From Minutocellus sp. GHC0000111 (Eukaryota), in the NCBI GenBank assembly GCA_977018835.1, contig OZ361261.1:2232001-2296000 (forward strand): a stretch of DNA of 64,000 bases, in the 5' to 3' direction. The first letter of the stretch is position 1; every line of letters starts with the position of its first letter. Position numbers and translations under genes: made by a program. Below are positions 44,074-58,113 of this stretch, one piece after another. A model generated the notes under the pieces. It did no database searches. It saw only the letters and a program-made list of their open reading frames with translations, and was not told where the DNA came from.

Positions 44074-45194
44074 CTACGATGATCTACGATCCCCCCAAAG
44101 TACAACCCTGTAGTTCTTTGTTCCCCCACCAGAGCACAAAAATCTTTCATCACTAGCAGAACCCTTGACCTTATCCAATAAACTTGATATATCCCTTGGT
44201 TCAAAGCCACACTCCTTCATGTTGTTTTCGAAGCGCGACAAACCAACCCGCATATCCGGAAGGACTCCAAGCACCGAGCCACCAGGCTGCAATATATGTT
44301 GAATGGCATTCGAAAGAGCGTCAGCACCTTCCTCGTTGTAGATACAATCCGAGAAAAGAATTGTATCTGCGGTACAGCTTGATTCAGAGTCAGACAAATG
44401 GTTCCAATCTAAAAATTGCACGTCGACAGAATTTGATAGCCCATTCCTTGACACATTTTGGGTAAGAATATTGACGATTTCATCTATGCCATCGGTTGCG
44501 ATGTACTGGATGGTCTTACTGGATCCAATCCTTCTTGACCATCGATCAGACGGGCAAGCGCCATGGAAGGCAGGCCACTACTCCCAGCACCGAGCTCAAT
44601 GACATCTTTGGCATGGAATAATTCTTGCACGGTAGGTAGATCATCAACAGCATGAGACCAACAACAAATCAACTTCGAAAGCAGTATACCTCCCCTCCAA
44701 GGGTCAGCGCCAGTGCCACCTCCAATTGTCGACCTAGCGACCGTCAAATGCACATTATTGGGCAGGTGTAGCGTTTGGATTCGCTCTCCATCATCTTCTT
44801 CCAAGGGGCAACGCTCCACCAATTGACTCGACTGAGATACCGTGGCAGGTGCAGCCCGTATTCGGAATGTGATGTCCTGGCTGCCCTCGGGTCGCGTATC
44901 AGAAATATCAGCAGCTACTACAATATCACCAGCTTTGTCCATTGTGACAAGCATACCATCCAGCTTCTTCACTGCATGATCCCGAACATTCTCCAAATGC
45001 AGCTCAATGGCTGCGATGACACCCACTGCTGTGTCCTCCTCCTTCTCCTTCTCCTTCTCCTCATGTGGACACAAGAATGCAAAGCGATCCACCCAACATC
45101 CGTGCTCTTCAACAAGATCGCGAAGGGCATCAGCTGAGTTTGCACGCCGAGGAATATCTGGTGGAAGGTCCAATAGGACGAGACGATTCTGCAT
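44074..45194 (-). CDS. METTL21/family-16 lysine methyltransferase; one frameshift near 44505
   Basis: TGADPWRGGILL and VIELGAGSSGLP, then in the shifted frame ATDG...NILTQNV, LDW and DTILFSDCIYN. Confidence 0.8.
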
Positions 45195-45354
45195 GACAAT
45201 AACTGAACCAAGTTGAGTGAGTGGCAGTGACAGGACAGATTAGCATGCTGCAATGCAGGGAAATTGTGCAGGGATTTGATTTTGAATTATCAGTCTGTCC
45301 GCCTACCCGTCCAGCACATGTCGTGCCCATTTTTGACGGTTGGCCAACCGAAGC

Positions 45355-46862
45355 ATGAAGGTCAAGACCGAAGGCGGCGCTGAAGGAGGAGCGCCCAGCG
45401 GGCCCAATGATGGGGCGGTACCCCTCAAACGCTCTCGCTCTCGATCGTTGAGTCCCCGAGGACGAAGCCGCAGCCGCAGTCCTCCTCGCCGATCAAGCCG
45501 GAGCCGGAGTCGGAGCCTAAGTGCCGGTAGCGGAGGTCCACCACCCGGAGCAGGTCGGGTTGGCCCATCCTCCCGTTCCCGTTCCCCTTCCCCTCGTGGT
45601 GGACCCGGCGGACGTCTGCCCTCTCACGGCTCACGCTCTCGATCGCCCCGTTCTCGCTCCCGCTCCCGTTCTCGCTCTCGAAGTCGCAGCCCTCCCGGTC
45701 GGCGTCGCGACAGGTCCCGAGATCGCGACGACTACCACCGCCGCGGCGGTCGCCGGTCCAGGTCGCCAGGGTCGCCCCGTGGACGGCCCCGCAGTTACTC
45801 GCCCGGCCGCCGGAGAGGACGCAGCTACAGCCGTAGCTACAGCCGCAGCCGCAGCCCTCCCCGTGGAGGTCGGCGCAGCCGCTCTCGTTCGCCGGTGAGT
45901 TTTTGTTCTGTTGCATTTCAGTTGTTTGTGCAGTGCCCTTGCTGTGACGGCAAGATACGATGCCATACAATTGATTGGCATGTGTCTTGTGATTGTTTGT
46001 ACTCTGCACGTTCTGGTGACTATTGAAACGCAGTAGTTGCCTGGATCTAATTGTTTGCCTACCGGACACATTTCACATGACAACCACAGGGACGCCGCTA
46101 CGACGATCGTCGTCGCTACGATGACCGTGGTCCTCCTCGCGACTACGGTGGCTATGGCCCTCCGATGGATGATTTCCGCGGCGGCGCACCAGCCTACTAC
46201 GACAACGGGCCCTACGGTCCGTCTGGTGGCGGCGGTGGTGGAGGAGGTATGTGTTGATATTGGTTGTTTTGTCGGGATTTAAATGATGATGAATTGAAAA
46301 CAGCTAATACGATTTGCATGCAGTTTGTCTTCTGGCAAGATACTCACAATTGGTGCTTCCCTCATAATCACACTTTTCTTGATACTTGATGCTCTTAGGC
46401 TACGGTGGTCCCCCGCCTGGTGGCCGTGGCGGTGGAAGGGGCGGCCGTCGAGGACGTGGTGAGGGCCCTCCTGGCGTTTCTCTCCTCGTGCGCAACGTTT
46501 CCAACGACATCACATCCGCAGACATCCATCAGGCATTTGGCCGTATCGGTGACATCCGGGATGTGTACATCCCTCGTGACTTTCACTCCCAGCAGCCAAA
46601 GGGCTTTGCCTTCGTCGAGTATGCCACCCATGAGCAGGCCCTCGATGCTCGCGAGGAGATGGACCGCTTTGTTATGAAGGGCCGGGAGCTCGAGGTAGTC
46701 TTTGCCCAGGAGAAACGCAAGACTCCCGATCAGATGAGAGGTCGAGTCTTCAGTGGGGCTGGAGGCCGCCGTGGAGGTGGCGGTGGCGCCGACTTTGATA
46801 GGTCTTCCTCCTTCGAACGTCACAAGAGACGCGAGCGGATGGGAGGGTCACCTCCTCGCTAA
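45355..46862 (+). CDS. SR-family splicing factor (SC35-like/SCL RRM) with an N-terminal RS domain, 3 exons
   Basis: Introns 45895-46089 and 46247-46398. RS repeats, an RGG region and RRM SLLVRN...IRDVYIPRDFHSQQPKGFAFVEY. Confidence 0.88.
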
Positions 46863-48919
46863 AAGCACCATATCTACTGCGTGCGAAGGTAGCGAGGAGA
46901 GGAATTGTGTGTGGAAGTTACATACCATTTTACTTATTTTTGGTAGGTTCGTATTGTCTCGTTGGCGTCTCCTCGTATTTCATTGCATGTCTGCGTGATG
47001 AGATATGTCACCATAGTTCACGTCAAGAATGAATGGTTGCGAGGAAAAAGGCTTCACCGAAAGAGATATTGCATCAAAGTTTTATTTGTCGAAGAAGGAT
47101 TCTTGTGCGCGGTGCACGTAGTCAAGCAAGCTCTACGATAAATAAAATCGTCTGAAAGGCGCAGGGCTTTCCCCTCCTCTGCTCGTCGACAAGGGGCATA
47201 AACACATGGGACCGTCGAGGAGGGAAACCCAAGGGAAGATCCAAGAGCTTAGTTCGCTAGCTACTACGAGCATTCCTTGCATTGGTTAGGGATCTACAAG
47301 TCAAGATTTTCAAGTCAAGTGTTATTACAAGATAATCAAGCAACATCAAGCAACAAGATTCTACAGTATTCTTTCTTCTTACTCTAGACGAAATCTTTTG
47401 CCTTCTCACTCGAGTGTGAGTGAGATGGCTTCATCAATCAATCAATCAATGGTACCAGGTGTGTTTGTTCAACTGAATGCCGTTGCACCGATACTCGGAA
47501 ACCCCGAGAAGTGAAGTCGAAACCGAACTATTAGATAACGAAGCAAGTCAAGTCAAGGTACTATACTGTGTGTGAAAAGTTGCTACATGATCAAAAGCAC
47601 CTCAGGGCTACATGTACATGTAGCTTTTGTTGAAATACTTTTCATCAACAACAATCAACCGCGTCGTGGAGTGTCCTTAGGAATTCCTCGCTCGACTTAT
47701 AAAGGAGAGGGTGGAAAGATGAGAGGTGCAGCCATTGCATTCAGTTTTTACTCATTCATGGAATCACAGCAGAGTCTCATTTACCATTATTATTTTCCAA
47801 TTGTAGATCACACGCATGACGAGGTTCTTGGTTTGTTGCCTCTCTCTCTCTCTTGCTCATAAATGTTGAAGACAGATGCAAAGTGATTAGCAATAGCACA
47901 GCCAAAGCTCTACGTTGATGTACTAACTGGTTGGAAGTAACGACGAAGGGGTATTGGAAGGCAGGGCAAGAGGGTTTAAACCCTCCTCTCGCCCTCTCTG
48001 CCTTCCTTCCCTTTTCTTTCTCCCTCGCTCGCCTCAGCCAGCCTCAATTCAATTCAAATCGAGCAACGTCAGAAAGAAAGCGCGTTCGCGAGCCTGCCGG
48101 CCTTTCCCCGCCAGAAGCCCTCGTAGACACTGGTAGTAAAAGGTTCGCGACCACACACCAAAAAAATCGGCACGACGGATCAACGTGCCTGCTGCTAACC
48201 ACCGTCGCCAGCTCATCCCCACCGTGCGGTACCCACAACGATGATACATCGAACACAGTACCTCCCTCCGCTGATTCTCCCAACTCTATGCAACTTAGTA
48301 GAACATGAAATGCAGTTTAACTACGTGAACTGGAGCTGGCATTGGCGGTAAATGAAACTTCTTAGAGGGTGAGGTCCCTCTCCCCCTCCTCCTTTCCGTA
48401 GCACAGATCGGCCAATAATGTGTGTCGTGCTTAGGTGAACAGGGCGTAACAAGCGAAAAAACCGACACAACATCGTCACGACGGGGCACCAAGCAGGATA
48501 CGGACCGACCGATTACACACAAGCCCATCAAACACAAACTACTGTAAATGGTATAAGCAGCCTCCATCGGACAGAGGATACGTGTTCGTCTGTGTTGTTG
48601 GTGTGGTAGCATTGCGCTTTGGAAAGGAGCGGCAGAGTTCAGACACGGCACCTCTTGCTCCTCTGGAAAACCTCTCTCTCGGCAACTAACTTGGTGGCCC
48701 GACCCAACCAACGGACCCACAAGGCACTTCTCATTGAGAATTGAATACTGTACCGAGAAAGAGAAAAAGATTTACCTGCACCAATCCCATCAGGCACCCT
48801 TGATTGACATCCATTGTTGTTGATTGACGTTGGGGGTTGTCGGGTGTCGGCACATTGCATTGCAGGCAAGGAACGCATAGCAAATACACACACCAAAAAA
48901 AAACACAGGCACAAAATAA

Positions 48920-51900
48920 ATGTCCTCCGACGATTTTGAATGGGACGCCAACGCGGCCCCTCCCCCCACGGCGTGGTCGACGACGGCCACCGCCAGCCGC
49001 CCGGCTCGAGGTCGTCGGGCGGTCTACGGCAGCCGGTCCAACCGAGGCCCGGCCAAGCTGTACGGTCGGAATCGGGCCGGTATCGGCAGCAGCAATGCCA
49101 GCAGCAGCAAATCGGCCCTCGTTCGGGAGGAGAGCATCGGTCCCCTTGACGAGCTTGACGAAGCGGGCGGTGGCTTTGTTGCTGCTGCAAGTATGGATGC
49201 CGAAAACAGCACCTCCAGACATCAGCGGCACCCGTCGGACGAGAACATTCGCAATGGCAGCGGCTTTGGTCGTTCCAACACCAGCATGAACAGCACATTG
49301 GATTCCTCCATCTCGTCGGCCGGCACTGCTGGTGCTCCTGCGATGACAGCAGCATTTGACGCTGGGGTTCCGAATACTTCTGCCGTTAGCACCTCTCTGG
49401 AACCACCATGAGATTCCCCCCTCGTCCCAATGGAGGCAGCGGTATCAACGGACACAATCGATCCAACTCGGCCTCTGGCCTTCCCGGCCGTCCTCCGGCA
49501 TCGGCATCGTCGTCCGTGTCGTCCTCTGCCTCCTCGTTCCATCATCAGCGCAGCACGTCCTTCATGTCTCCCTTGGGAGGTGGCATCGTCGGTTCTGGCA
49601 GCCTTCTGTTTGGAAACACCGCCAACAGCAATGGCCGATCCACGTCTCTTACGGCCCTGGAGGGGATCGATCGGGAGAACTACCATCCCAACCATCCACC
49701 GTCTTCATCCCTGAACAATACCCCGCAGAAGGTCTTCGGTACGTCGCTCAGCGCTCCCAATTCGGCCGCCCCATCTCCGGCCCAACCAGGTTTTGACGAC
49801 GAGGTGAGCAGCATCAGCAGCCGGAACGACCCCAACCGACGGACCAAGAAGACTCGGACGGCATCCGACGGGGATACCTCCGCCATTGCCGCCTTCTCGT
49901 CGTCGTTGTCGTCGGGAGGAGGAGGGGGCCGAGGAGGTGCAGGTGGCCCCACGCCCAGGCCAATGTCGGTCCCCATATCCTCCCCCATGTCATCCAACTC
50001 CGTAACATCGTCCACGTCCTTCTCCTCGTTGTCCAGGATGGGCGATATGGCCCCCACCTGGGTGAAGCGGTCACTCCAGGACGGCATCGGTCGGGCTTCA
50101 TCAGCATCAGCAGCAGCATCAGCAGCTGCTCATGCCCGACGACCCAGTCTGGACCTCAACCCATCCAACAGCGCCAGCCTTGGTCCCAGCCCCGCACTTT
50201 CCAACAGCACCGCCCATGTCTACAACCCCAACCTCTCTTCGCCAACCCGAAGCATCGCCGCTGGAAGCACCGCCTCCTCCCGGAAGCGCGGGGTCTGCGA
50301 CTCTCCCCTCCTCGACGGGGACGATATCGTCTACTCTCCCGGAGGATCGGCGGGCATTATGTCCTGCTCCTCCCGTCGCTCCAGGGCACGGTCGCTCATC
50401 TTCTCTCCCGATTCCACCAAGAAGCTCATGGCCCGGGCCGCCAGGGGCACCGGCTGTGGCGTCTTCGACGACGACTTTCTCCGCAGCAGCGTCGGGACGG
50501 ATGGTAGCAACCACAGTCACCATGGACGGCACAGCAGCCTCAGCCTGAGTCAGCAAAGCTTCGAAGGGGCTGATACCACCAACCCCTTTTCCGCTGTTGT
50601 ATCCGGAACTGCACCGGCCGCCAACGACGATTCCTCTCACCGTCGTCACCATCACCACCACCGAAGGGGCGGCCATCGGAAGAGGGACGGCTGTCTTCAT
50701 CCGGAAGATAGCGATGAGGATGATGACGATGATCACAGCAACTCATCCATGGTCGATGCCTCTATGGAGACTGAGGGGTCCGAACCTGCAGGCATCACCA
50801 TGTCTTCCCGTCTTCATGCACACCGGAAGAATGATAACGATGATGATCCTACCGCCAGGCTCTTTGGTGCCTCTGGAGATGGTGACGGAGATGCTTTGCC
50901 GACCGGTCCACCGGTTCCCAGCCAAATGTCTCCACCACCACGAGCGAGTCGCCGGAGCCGGTCTGACACCTTTGCTGAATCTATATTTGGATCCGCCGAT
51001 GGCGGCGATTCCTTTGCAATGGCAACCTCACCTGAGAAGAGGGGAGGAGGTGCATGCAATCTAGACGAGTCACCGGTCGCTTCACCCGACGACAAGGCCA
51101 TCGCTGGCGATGATGCTGATACTGTCGTTGGCGCTGAGGAGCAGCAGGAAGAAAAGGAGGAAGATCCACTGGAAGACATTTCGTCGTACGAAGATCTCAA
51201 ATACCTCATCAAAATCCTGCGGAAGTGGTCCAATGGCAAGAATGCTGCATCGTTCGGTGCTGGGACGGGCTGCACCATTGCTATCCCTGCCAAATGGAGT
51301 CAGGCGAGGAGGCAGTCCTTCCTCAATTGGTCAATCCAGGGCCTTGGCTTCAATATTGATTCAGTGCAGCAGGGCAAGGCACGTTCCATCAAGGCACCGG
51401 CGCGCAAGGCTACTAAAATTCATCAAGACCTCGAAGCCAAGTTGCTCCGGCATAAGGAATTGTCTGGCCACTCGACTGGGGCTCCAGCTCGAGCTGGTGC
51501 GTCCTCCAAGTCCAGGGCTGCCGCCGAGACTGAGAGCAAGACCCATCATCCTCTGTTTGCCTCTACCTCTCAGATGGTAGCAAGTTCAAAAAATGCGTCT
51601 AATAACAATGGAGTTCCTCGTTCCGTGGTCTTCCCTCAGCGGAGCAAGGATGTCGACGTTGATCTGTTGTGCAATATGGACTCCCTCGCCTTGGACGAGT
51701 CGCTGAGCTCGGCAAGGCCCTCCAAGGTTGCCCATCGTGCAACAACAGCGGCAGCTCCCGAAGCTACCAGCAAGGCCAAGGACCACGGCACTCCCCTCGT
51801 TCGTGTTGTTACGCTCGAACCAAGAAAAGACGACGTCGTTTCTTCATCTGCCCTCCCTTGCTTTGCGCCAATGTCGGTTGAGAGCAAGGGTGCTGCCACC

Positions 51901-54900
51901 CCCTCGTTTGAGTTGGCCCGTCCACGCGCTCCGAGGCATTCGGGTGAGTACGACTCTGAGGACGGTGCTGGTAGCACAAACATTATGCAGCACATTCTTC
52001 ATGGGTATACTAGTAGTCCACAGGAGGACGATGATGACATGGGCGGCACCGAAAGGGGCAGTCGCGGAGGCAGAGGCATGGGCCAACGCCTCGGTGCCAG
52101 GCCTCCAAGGATGTCTACGGGTAGTACCAGCACTCGACCAAGGAGCCTTGGTGGTAGAAATCTTATGCCACCCGTGGAGGAAACGACGCCTGCACCTCCC
52201 AGTCAGATCAAGATGATGAGTCTCGTCAAGGCCACTCCAACCTTTGACATTGCAACGCCTATGCCAGAAGGACCGGGATTCTGGGGATCCAGGCCCATCC
52301 CCGGCAAGGATTGGGGTACGTCGGAAAAGTGTGATGCTGCCATCCTTGCCGTTTTGCTTGAGCGCCTCGAAAAGGCCTATGCCGAGTCCGGATATTGCGA
52401 TCCCAATTCTCCTGTTCCGATGATCACCAGCCAAACTCCCTTGACCGAGTCGACGGCCAAGAAGAATTTCGCCCCTCTCATCCCCTTTATGAACCAACCC
52501 ATTTCAGAGACTGCCGTGAGTTCGGCCGCTCTTGGATTTGATCTTGAGGTTGACAAGAAGAAATCTCCAATCCAGCTCTTGAAGCCCAAGTCTCGCCTGA
52601 ATTTGGATGGTGCCGAGAGCGATACCGACGAGGAGGATGATGATGAGGCATTGGAGATCAATGGAGGCGATGATTTCGACGCCGACATGGGAATGGGCGG
52701 CATTCTCAATCGCCGTGAGACCACCTTCGAGGCATCCCGTCGCAGGACGGCCAGTTCATCAGGTCGGGCCTCGCGCGGTGTTTACGGCAGCAGCAGCAAT
52801 GGAAGCGGTAGCAATGGCCGCGGCCTCGTTCGCCACGGCAGTGTCGGTGCCACGGCACTTTCCGCCCTGGCACTGAACGAGCTTGGTCCGTCCCCCGATA
52901 AGCTGGAGAAACGACGCAAGATGTCTCTTGCCGTGCGGAAGCGTATGTCTCTCTGCGCAGTAGCCTTTGATGTGAAGCAGAGTCGGCGTTACACATCTTC
53001 CTTCGCAGTGGCGCCCTCACCTGCTAAATTTGGCAAGGCCAGATCCAGCAGGAGACAAACGGCGTTCATGGCCGGTGGTGCCAATGTCATTGCTGAAACA
53101 TCTTCAATTGCAGAGGACGACTCCACCGGTATGGTCGAGGAGTCGGCAATGGACGCTGTCCTTCGTGACGAGGAGCTACTTTCTCCCATCTTCTCTTATT
53201 TGACGGAAGAGGAGCTCCTAGTTTCGGCATCGGCGGTCCAAACTTCTTGGGCAGAGGCTGCAACATCTGCCCATGCGACTTTGATGCTTGTAAGCGTCGG
53301 CTGCTCTACATCTTTTGTGGAGGGCGGCAACGATGAAGACGATGATAGTGACGACGAAGGTGACGACGCAACAATGGACGGCAGCAGTAGTATGATGCAG
53401 ATGGTTGACAACACCACCGGTGGTGGCAACAGCAACTCCAATGACAGTATCGCCAAGTCCATGGAACGATCGTGGCAATTCCTCAACGACAAATTTCCCT
53501 GGGCCACATTCCTCTCCGAGGGAGCCTTCAAGCGAGTCTATCGGGTATGGAACTCGACAGTAAACGCAGAAGAGGCTGTTTCCGTGATGGACGTCGATGC
53601 CATCGAGGATATGGGCAACAAGGAAATTGTTGGGGCCGAACTTTCTGTATCAGTTTTGCTTTCGTCGTTGGTGAGACGTAACGTCTGTCCAAACTTTGTC
53701 GTCACCAGAGGAGTCTTCACCTGTCCGTACGAGCCAGCATCGTCTCATTGGGGCTGTGCCGAGAACAAGAAGCCCATGGGGAGCATCTATGATCCCAACC
53801 GGGCTCAACGCGAGGGACTCCCGGCCACTCCAAGCGAAGAAGAGCGGGGCAAGTTTCAGTACATCCGCATGGAGCTCTGTCGACACGGCGACATGGAAGA
53901 ATGGCTCAAGACGCAGCCTGGACAAGGCATCAGTGCCAACGAGGCTCGAATGCTGTTTTTCCAGATGGCATTTGCTCTTCATGCAGCGGCCGATCGTTAC
54001 AGCATGAAACACTACGACGTCAAGCTTCTCAACTTCTTTTTGCAATCAGCCAACGACGATTCCATCGGCAATGGTAGCGCTTCGAACGGAGTTCAGCACC
54101 CCTACACTGTCCTTCGGTATGGCATTGGCTCGTCGGTCTTTGGTCTTCGCATGCCCACCTCTCGTGCTCTCATCGCCAAGCTCGCTGATTACGGAACTGC
54201 CAATATTCGCCCCGAGTCTAATGGCCAACCGGTGACGATTGGTCAATTCACTACTCTGGAGAATTCTCCTCCTGAATTTTTGATTTCAGGAGATGCCGCC
54301 AAACAAGGTTACGGCCACGATTCCTTTGGCCTTGGCTTGTGCATGCTGCACCTGTTCACCGGTCATGCGCCGTACGAGGAGATCCTGGAGGATGTCAGGT
54401 GTCCCGTTGCTCTGAAGCGCAAGCTGAAGAACATCTGGGAGAACCAGTCCTCGAATGGTTACGACGTGCTCCGTAGTGTCATCCTTGCCGATGTTTACGA
54501 GGATGAAGATGGCAATGTCGAAGGCGAGCCTGATGAAGTTCTCTACGACACTCTGTACCGCTATCTTGTCCTTTTTGGAATCCCCGACAAGAAGTGTCAG
54601 TACAAGGAGGGTGCCAGAGTTTGGCGCGCCATCACCTCGTGTCTCATAGGCCAAGTGGCCAAGACAACCGCTTCGGCTTCTGTTCCTGCCCGTCGGTCTA
54701 CTAGACGCAACGCCGCACGAGCCAACACCGCTGCTGCCATGCCCGCCACATCGGCCGGCCCCGATGCTTCGCAGTACGAGATCGATACCAGCCTCTACTC
54801 CCTTCGTACAGGTACCGACTCTCGCATTGCCGATGCAAGACAAAAGCTCGAAGCTATGGATGGAGGTATGGAACTGCTTCTATCCCTGGTATCATTCGAC

Positions 54901-55035
54901 CCAACTACACGAGCGACACCGCTCGATGCCATCAACAGCGCCTTCTTTGGCGCTCTCCGAGAGGAGGACGGAATGGACATGTACGGTCCATCCGACGAGA
55001 TCAAATCCTTCATGGCTATGGGCTATGCCACGTAA
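48920..55035 (+). CDS. Very large protein: disordered N-terminus, F-box-like motif and atypical protein kinase domain; probable frameshift near 49392
   Basis: ORF 48920-49411 continues into ORF 49408-55035 after a 1-nt shift. F-box-like DEELLSPIFSYLTEEELL..ASAV..SW (53161-53255). Kinase motifs EGAFKRVY, IRMELC, HYDVKLLN, LADYG, SPPE and DSFGLG. Confidence 0.82.
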
Positions 55036-55387
55036 CGTTCTCGCTATATAATTCACTCTTCTTGTGATTCACCATCCTTTCATCAAAGCGAAGCCAACCC
55101 ATTTTTGTGGCAGCAATAATGCTGCATTGCACAGGCTATTATTAGACACTCAGCTTAAAGATTAAAACAAAACTTAAATTCATGCACCGAAGTACGATCG
55201 GTTGCTCTTCTATCTCGGTATTTCTATTATTGTGTTGGGGATGAAGGTTGGTCAGGGTTAGTCTACAGCCAGCTACCCATACGTAATGTTGTACGAGGTC
55301 GACTGCGTAGTGGCGTATTCAAATGCACTCAAATTTATAGCATGTTCGTACACTACTTCTTATCATCCCACCAGTCCTTATTCTCGC

Positions 55388-58113
55388 TCAACCTTCCATG
55401 TCAAGGCCCAACGCCCAATCCTCTTCATTGAGATCAAACAGCATATCGGTAGGGTCGGAACCGTCACCGCCAATGCCATTAAGGAAACCCTCCTCCGGCA
55501 AAATGTTCATATGATGCGGCAAGAAAGATGGAACTCTGCCGTGGCTGGATTCCACAAAAAAGCCCGACGTCGAATCTGCCTGCGACGGTGCTGGGCCTTC
55601 CATCGAATGTACAGGTATCGGAAGAGGCACTGGTCGTCCATCGGGAAGCATCATATCTTCATCAACTCCACCAACTCCAGAAGTCACAGCAGCTGGTGTT
55701 GGCTCTTGTGGCGGTGATAAAGGCAAGCCTACAGGACTGCCCGGATTGTATGCTGGTGGCGTCGCACGAGCATATCCACCTTGGTGTAAAAATTCCTGCC
55801 GGCCTTGTTGTTGTTGAGACTGCGGTTGGTTCTGTTGGTGAGCATAGGATTGTCGCTGTGAAGGTGGCTTCCCTCGAGCTGGATGGGGCGGAGAAATGTT
55901 GATAAATTCTCTGGGAGGTACCTTGGGGATGATATCCTTCACATCATTCAGGGCTGTCGTAACGAGGTGCGCAGATGCTGCCTCTGCTACCTCCGGCGCC
56001 GGTCCGTCCTTCTGTGCCTTGGACGCCAAACTATCATCACTCATCGAGGCAGCAGAACGCTTTAGAGAACTAGTGGAGGGAAACGATTTCTCTCTTGACA
56101 TACCTCCCTTCTTTCCACCTCCTTCTAAATTGGCCATACTGCTGCCAAGTGATTCGAAAGAGGCTCTGCGACTGAGCTTTTTGAGGTTGGTGGGCTTGAT
56201 GAGGGGAGGTGCTGGAGGCATTCTGCTACAGACCCTGTTGATACGATCATTGACGATGTAGAGATTGGCAGCATCGCACCGAGCTGCCGATGTTTGTAAC
56301 CCAACACCACCTTGCTGCAATTGCTCATTTGTCCCCATCATACCACTGGCGGCCCTTGCCTCGGCCCTGGCGAGGCGCTGAATGCGGTCCTTTCGCGATG
56401 CAGCCCACGCATGGAATTTGGCGCGCTGCTCTATAGTCAGCACATCGAGAGCCAATCGTTCCCTCCCTTGGGTCATTTCGGCGGCAGAGTTGACAGCTCG
56501 TGTCGCACCCTCGATCGTTGTATCGGCAGCAGCAGCTGTGTGCCGATGGAGCCATGGTCCCGACTCCATGAGAAGTGCTCGCTGATGGGCTCTGATCTTC
56601 TCTTCCTGGTCGTAGGACAGTCCAACATCGTAGCAGAATAGGGGCCACATATCACCCGAAGGCGGCGCCCTATCGATCCCATTTTGTATCATCTGATAAT
56701 CACCAGAAGAGAAATTAGACAGACGGAAATTGGTTTGAATGAGCTTTTTGTCAATCTGATAAACGAAATAGCAGAGTGTAAACTCCAGCACAGTTACAAC
56801 CATCCTACGTAGCTACTACTTAGCTCGGTACTCACCCTTTCTCCAATTCTTGCAGCACTCAGCCTCTCGCTCGCTGCTCGGCCGCCTCGATAAAAAACAT
56901 CGTTCTGAATAGTCAGCCATAGAACAAATTTGCGATGCTGTGGTAGCACTAGGCTCAAGAGCTGCTGCTTGCGGAAGACCTCAGCGAGCCGCAGTTCGTC
57001 CGACGTGCGGGACAGATACGTGTCCAGCGCTCGTACGTGATGCTCCAGAGCCGGATTCATGGGCGTATTGCTGTTGCTGTCCCTATTGGAGCTCCTCGTG
57101 TTGTGACGAGCAATTGTAGTATCATAATCGGCGGCAGTATCACTGCCGATCTGAAGTGATGCCAAATCCAACCCTAGGTCTCGTTCCACCTCCTTCAATC
57201 GGTCCATTCTTAATTTCATCACAGTGCCAAGAGCCCGCTGGACGTGATCCCTCCGCCCCTGATCCATCTCCTCAGAGAGAGATACTACCTTCTCTTCTAG
57301 CTCTTCCAAGTAAACCTTGCGCCGCCGCCGAGATGCACGCGCCGATTCGCGATTTCGCTCCAATCGACGTTGACGCCGATCCCCGCTCTCTCCTTCGCCA
57401 GAAGCAACAGTAGAAGCAGCAGGTACAGCAGCTGTTGTTGGGTTTACTGCGGAAGCAGAGGTACTTGACGTCTTTGATGATGTCCCCAGACCAGCTGTCG
57501 TGAGGTACGACACCCCACTAGAAGCATTCGAAGCCGCCGAGGTACCACCGGCAACCCCACCATTCGCAACAGACGCCGATGTCGATACTGCTATCCCTGC
57601 CGTCGACAAGAGGCTTCCCACAGGAGTCGGTTCCGGCATGGACGCAGGATCGGGCATGTCATCGACTAGTCCAAGAACCCGATCTATGTCAAGACCAGTC
57701 GAACCATCCGATGCCGCGCCTACGGCGCCATTCTGCTGCTGTGCCGTCGCATCTGCCGGCGAAAGATTGGGAGGGAGGGGCGGTACCTTGGACGCATCCT
57801 CTTCCATCACGGTATCTTTGCCCACAATGGGGGAAAAATCCACGGCCGTCATGAGGGATTGTCCGGGGGGAAGGTAGGATGAAGCAGACGATGGGACCGG
57901 CTGAGGCACCGCCCCCGGATGGGAGGGGGGCATGCCACTGCCACTGCCGCCGCCTCCGCTGCTAATAGTAGGGCCTACAGCGTTGGCAGTCGTAGTCGTG
58001 CCGGTACCGCTCATTCTTTGTGCGACGGCACCAGCTGGAGACGCGTCGGCGGGCGCACCATCGTCAGAGCTTCCGCCCAGCGGCCCGCCACCCGCAGCCC
58101 CATTCCTCGACAT
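55388..58113 (-). CDS. bZIP transcription factor with a helical C-terminal region, 2 exons
   Basis: RRQRRLERNRESARASRRRRKVYLEELEEKV. Intron 56693-56835 joins RIGER|MIQNG. Confidence 0.88.

Noticed and set aside
46995..47155. Box C/D snoRNA (GTGATGA ... CTGA)
   Set aside because: The spacing is long, and I could identify no terminal stem or rRNA antisense guide.
47572..48720. ORFs in the gap upstream of the kinase
   Set aside because: Short, mostly non-ATG starts and no domain signal; likely promoter or UTR.
12875..49411. Programmed ribosomal frameshifting at the many frame breaks
   Set aside because: I saw no shared slippery heptamer or downstream structure. The sites are scattered short homopolymers in unrelated genes.
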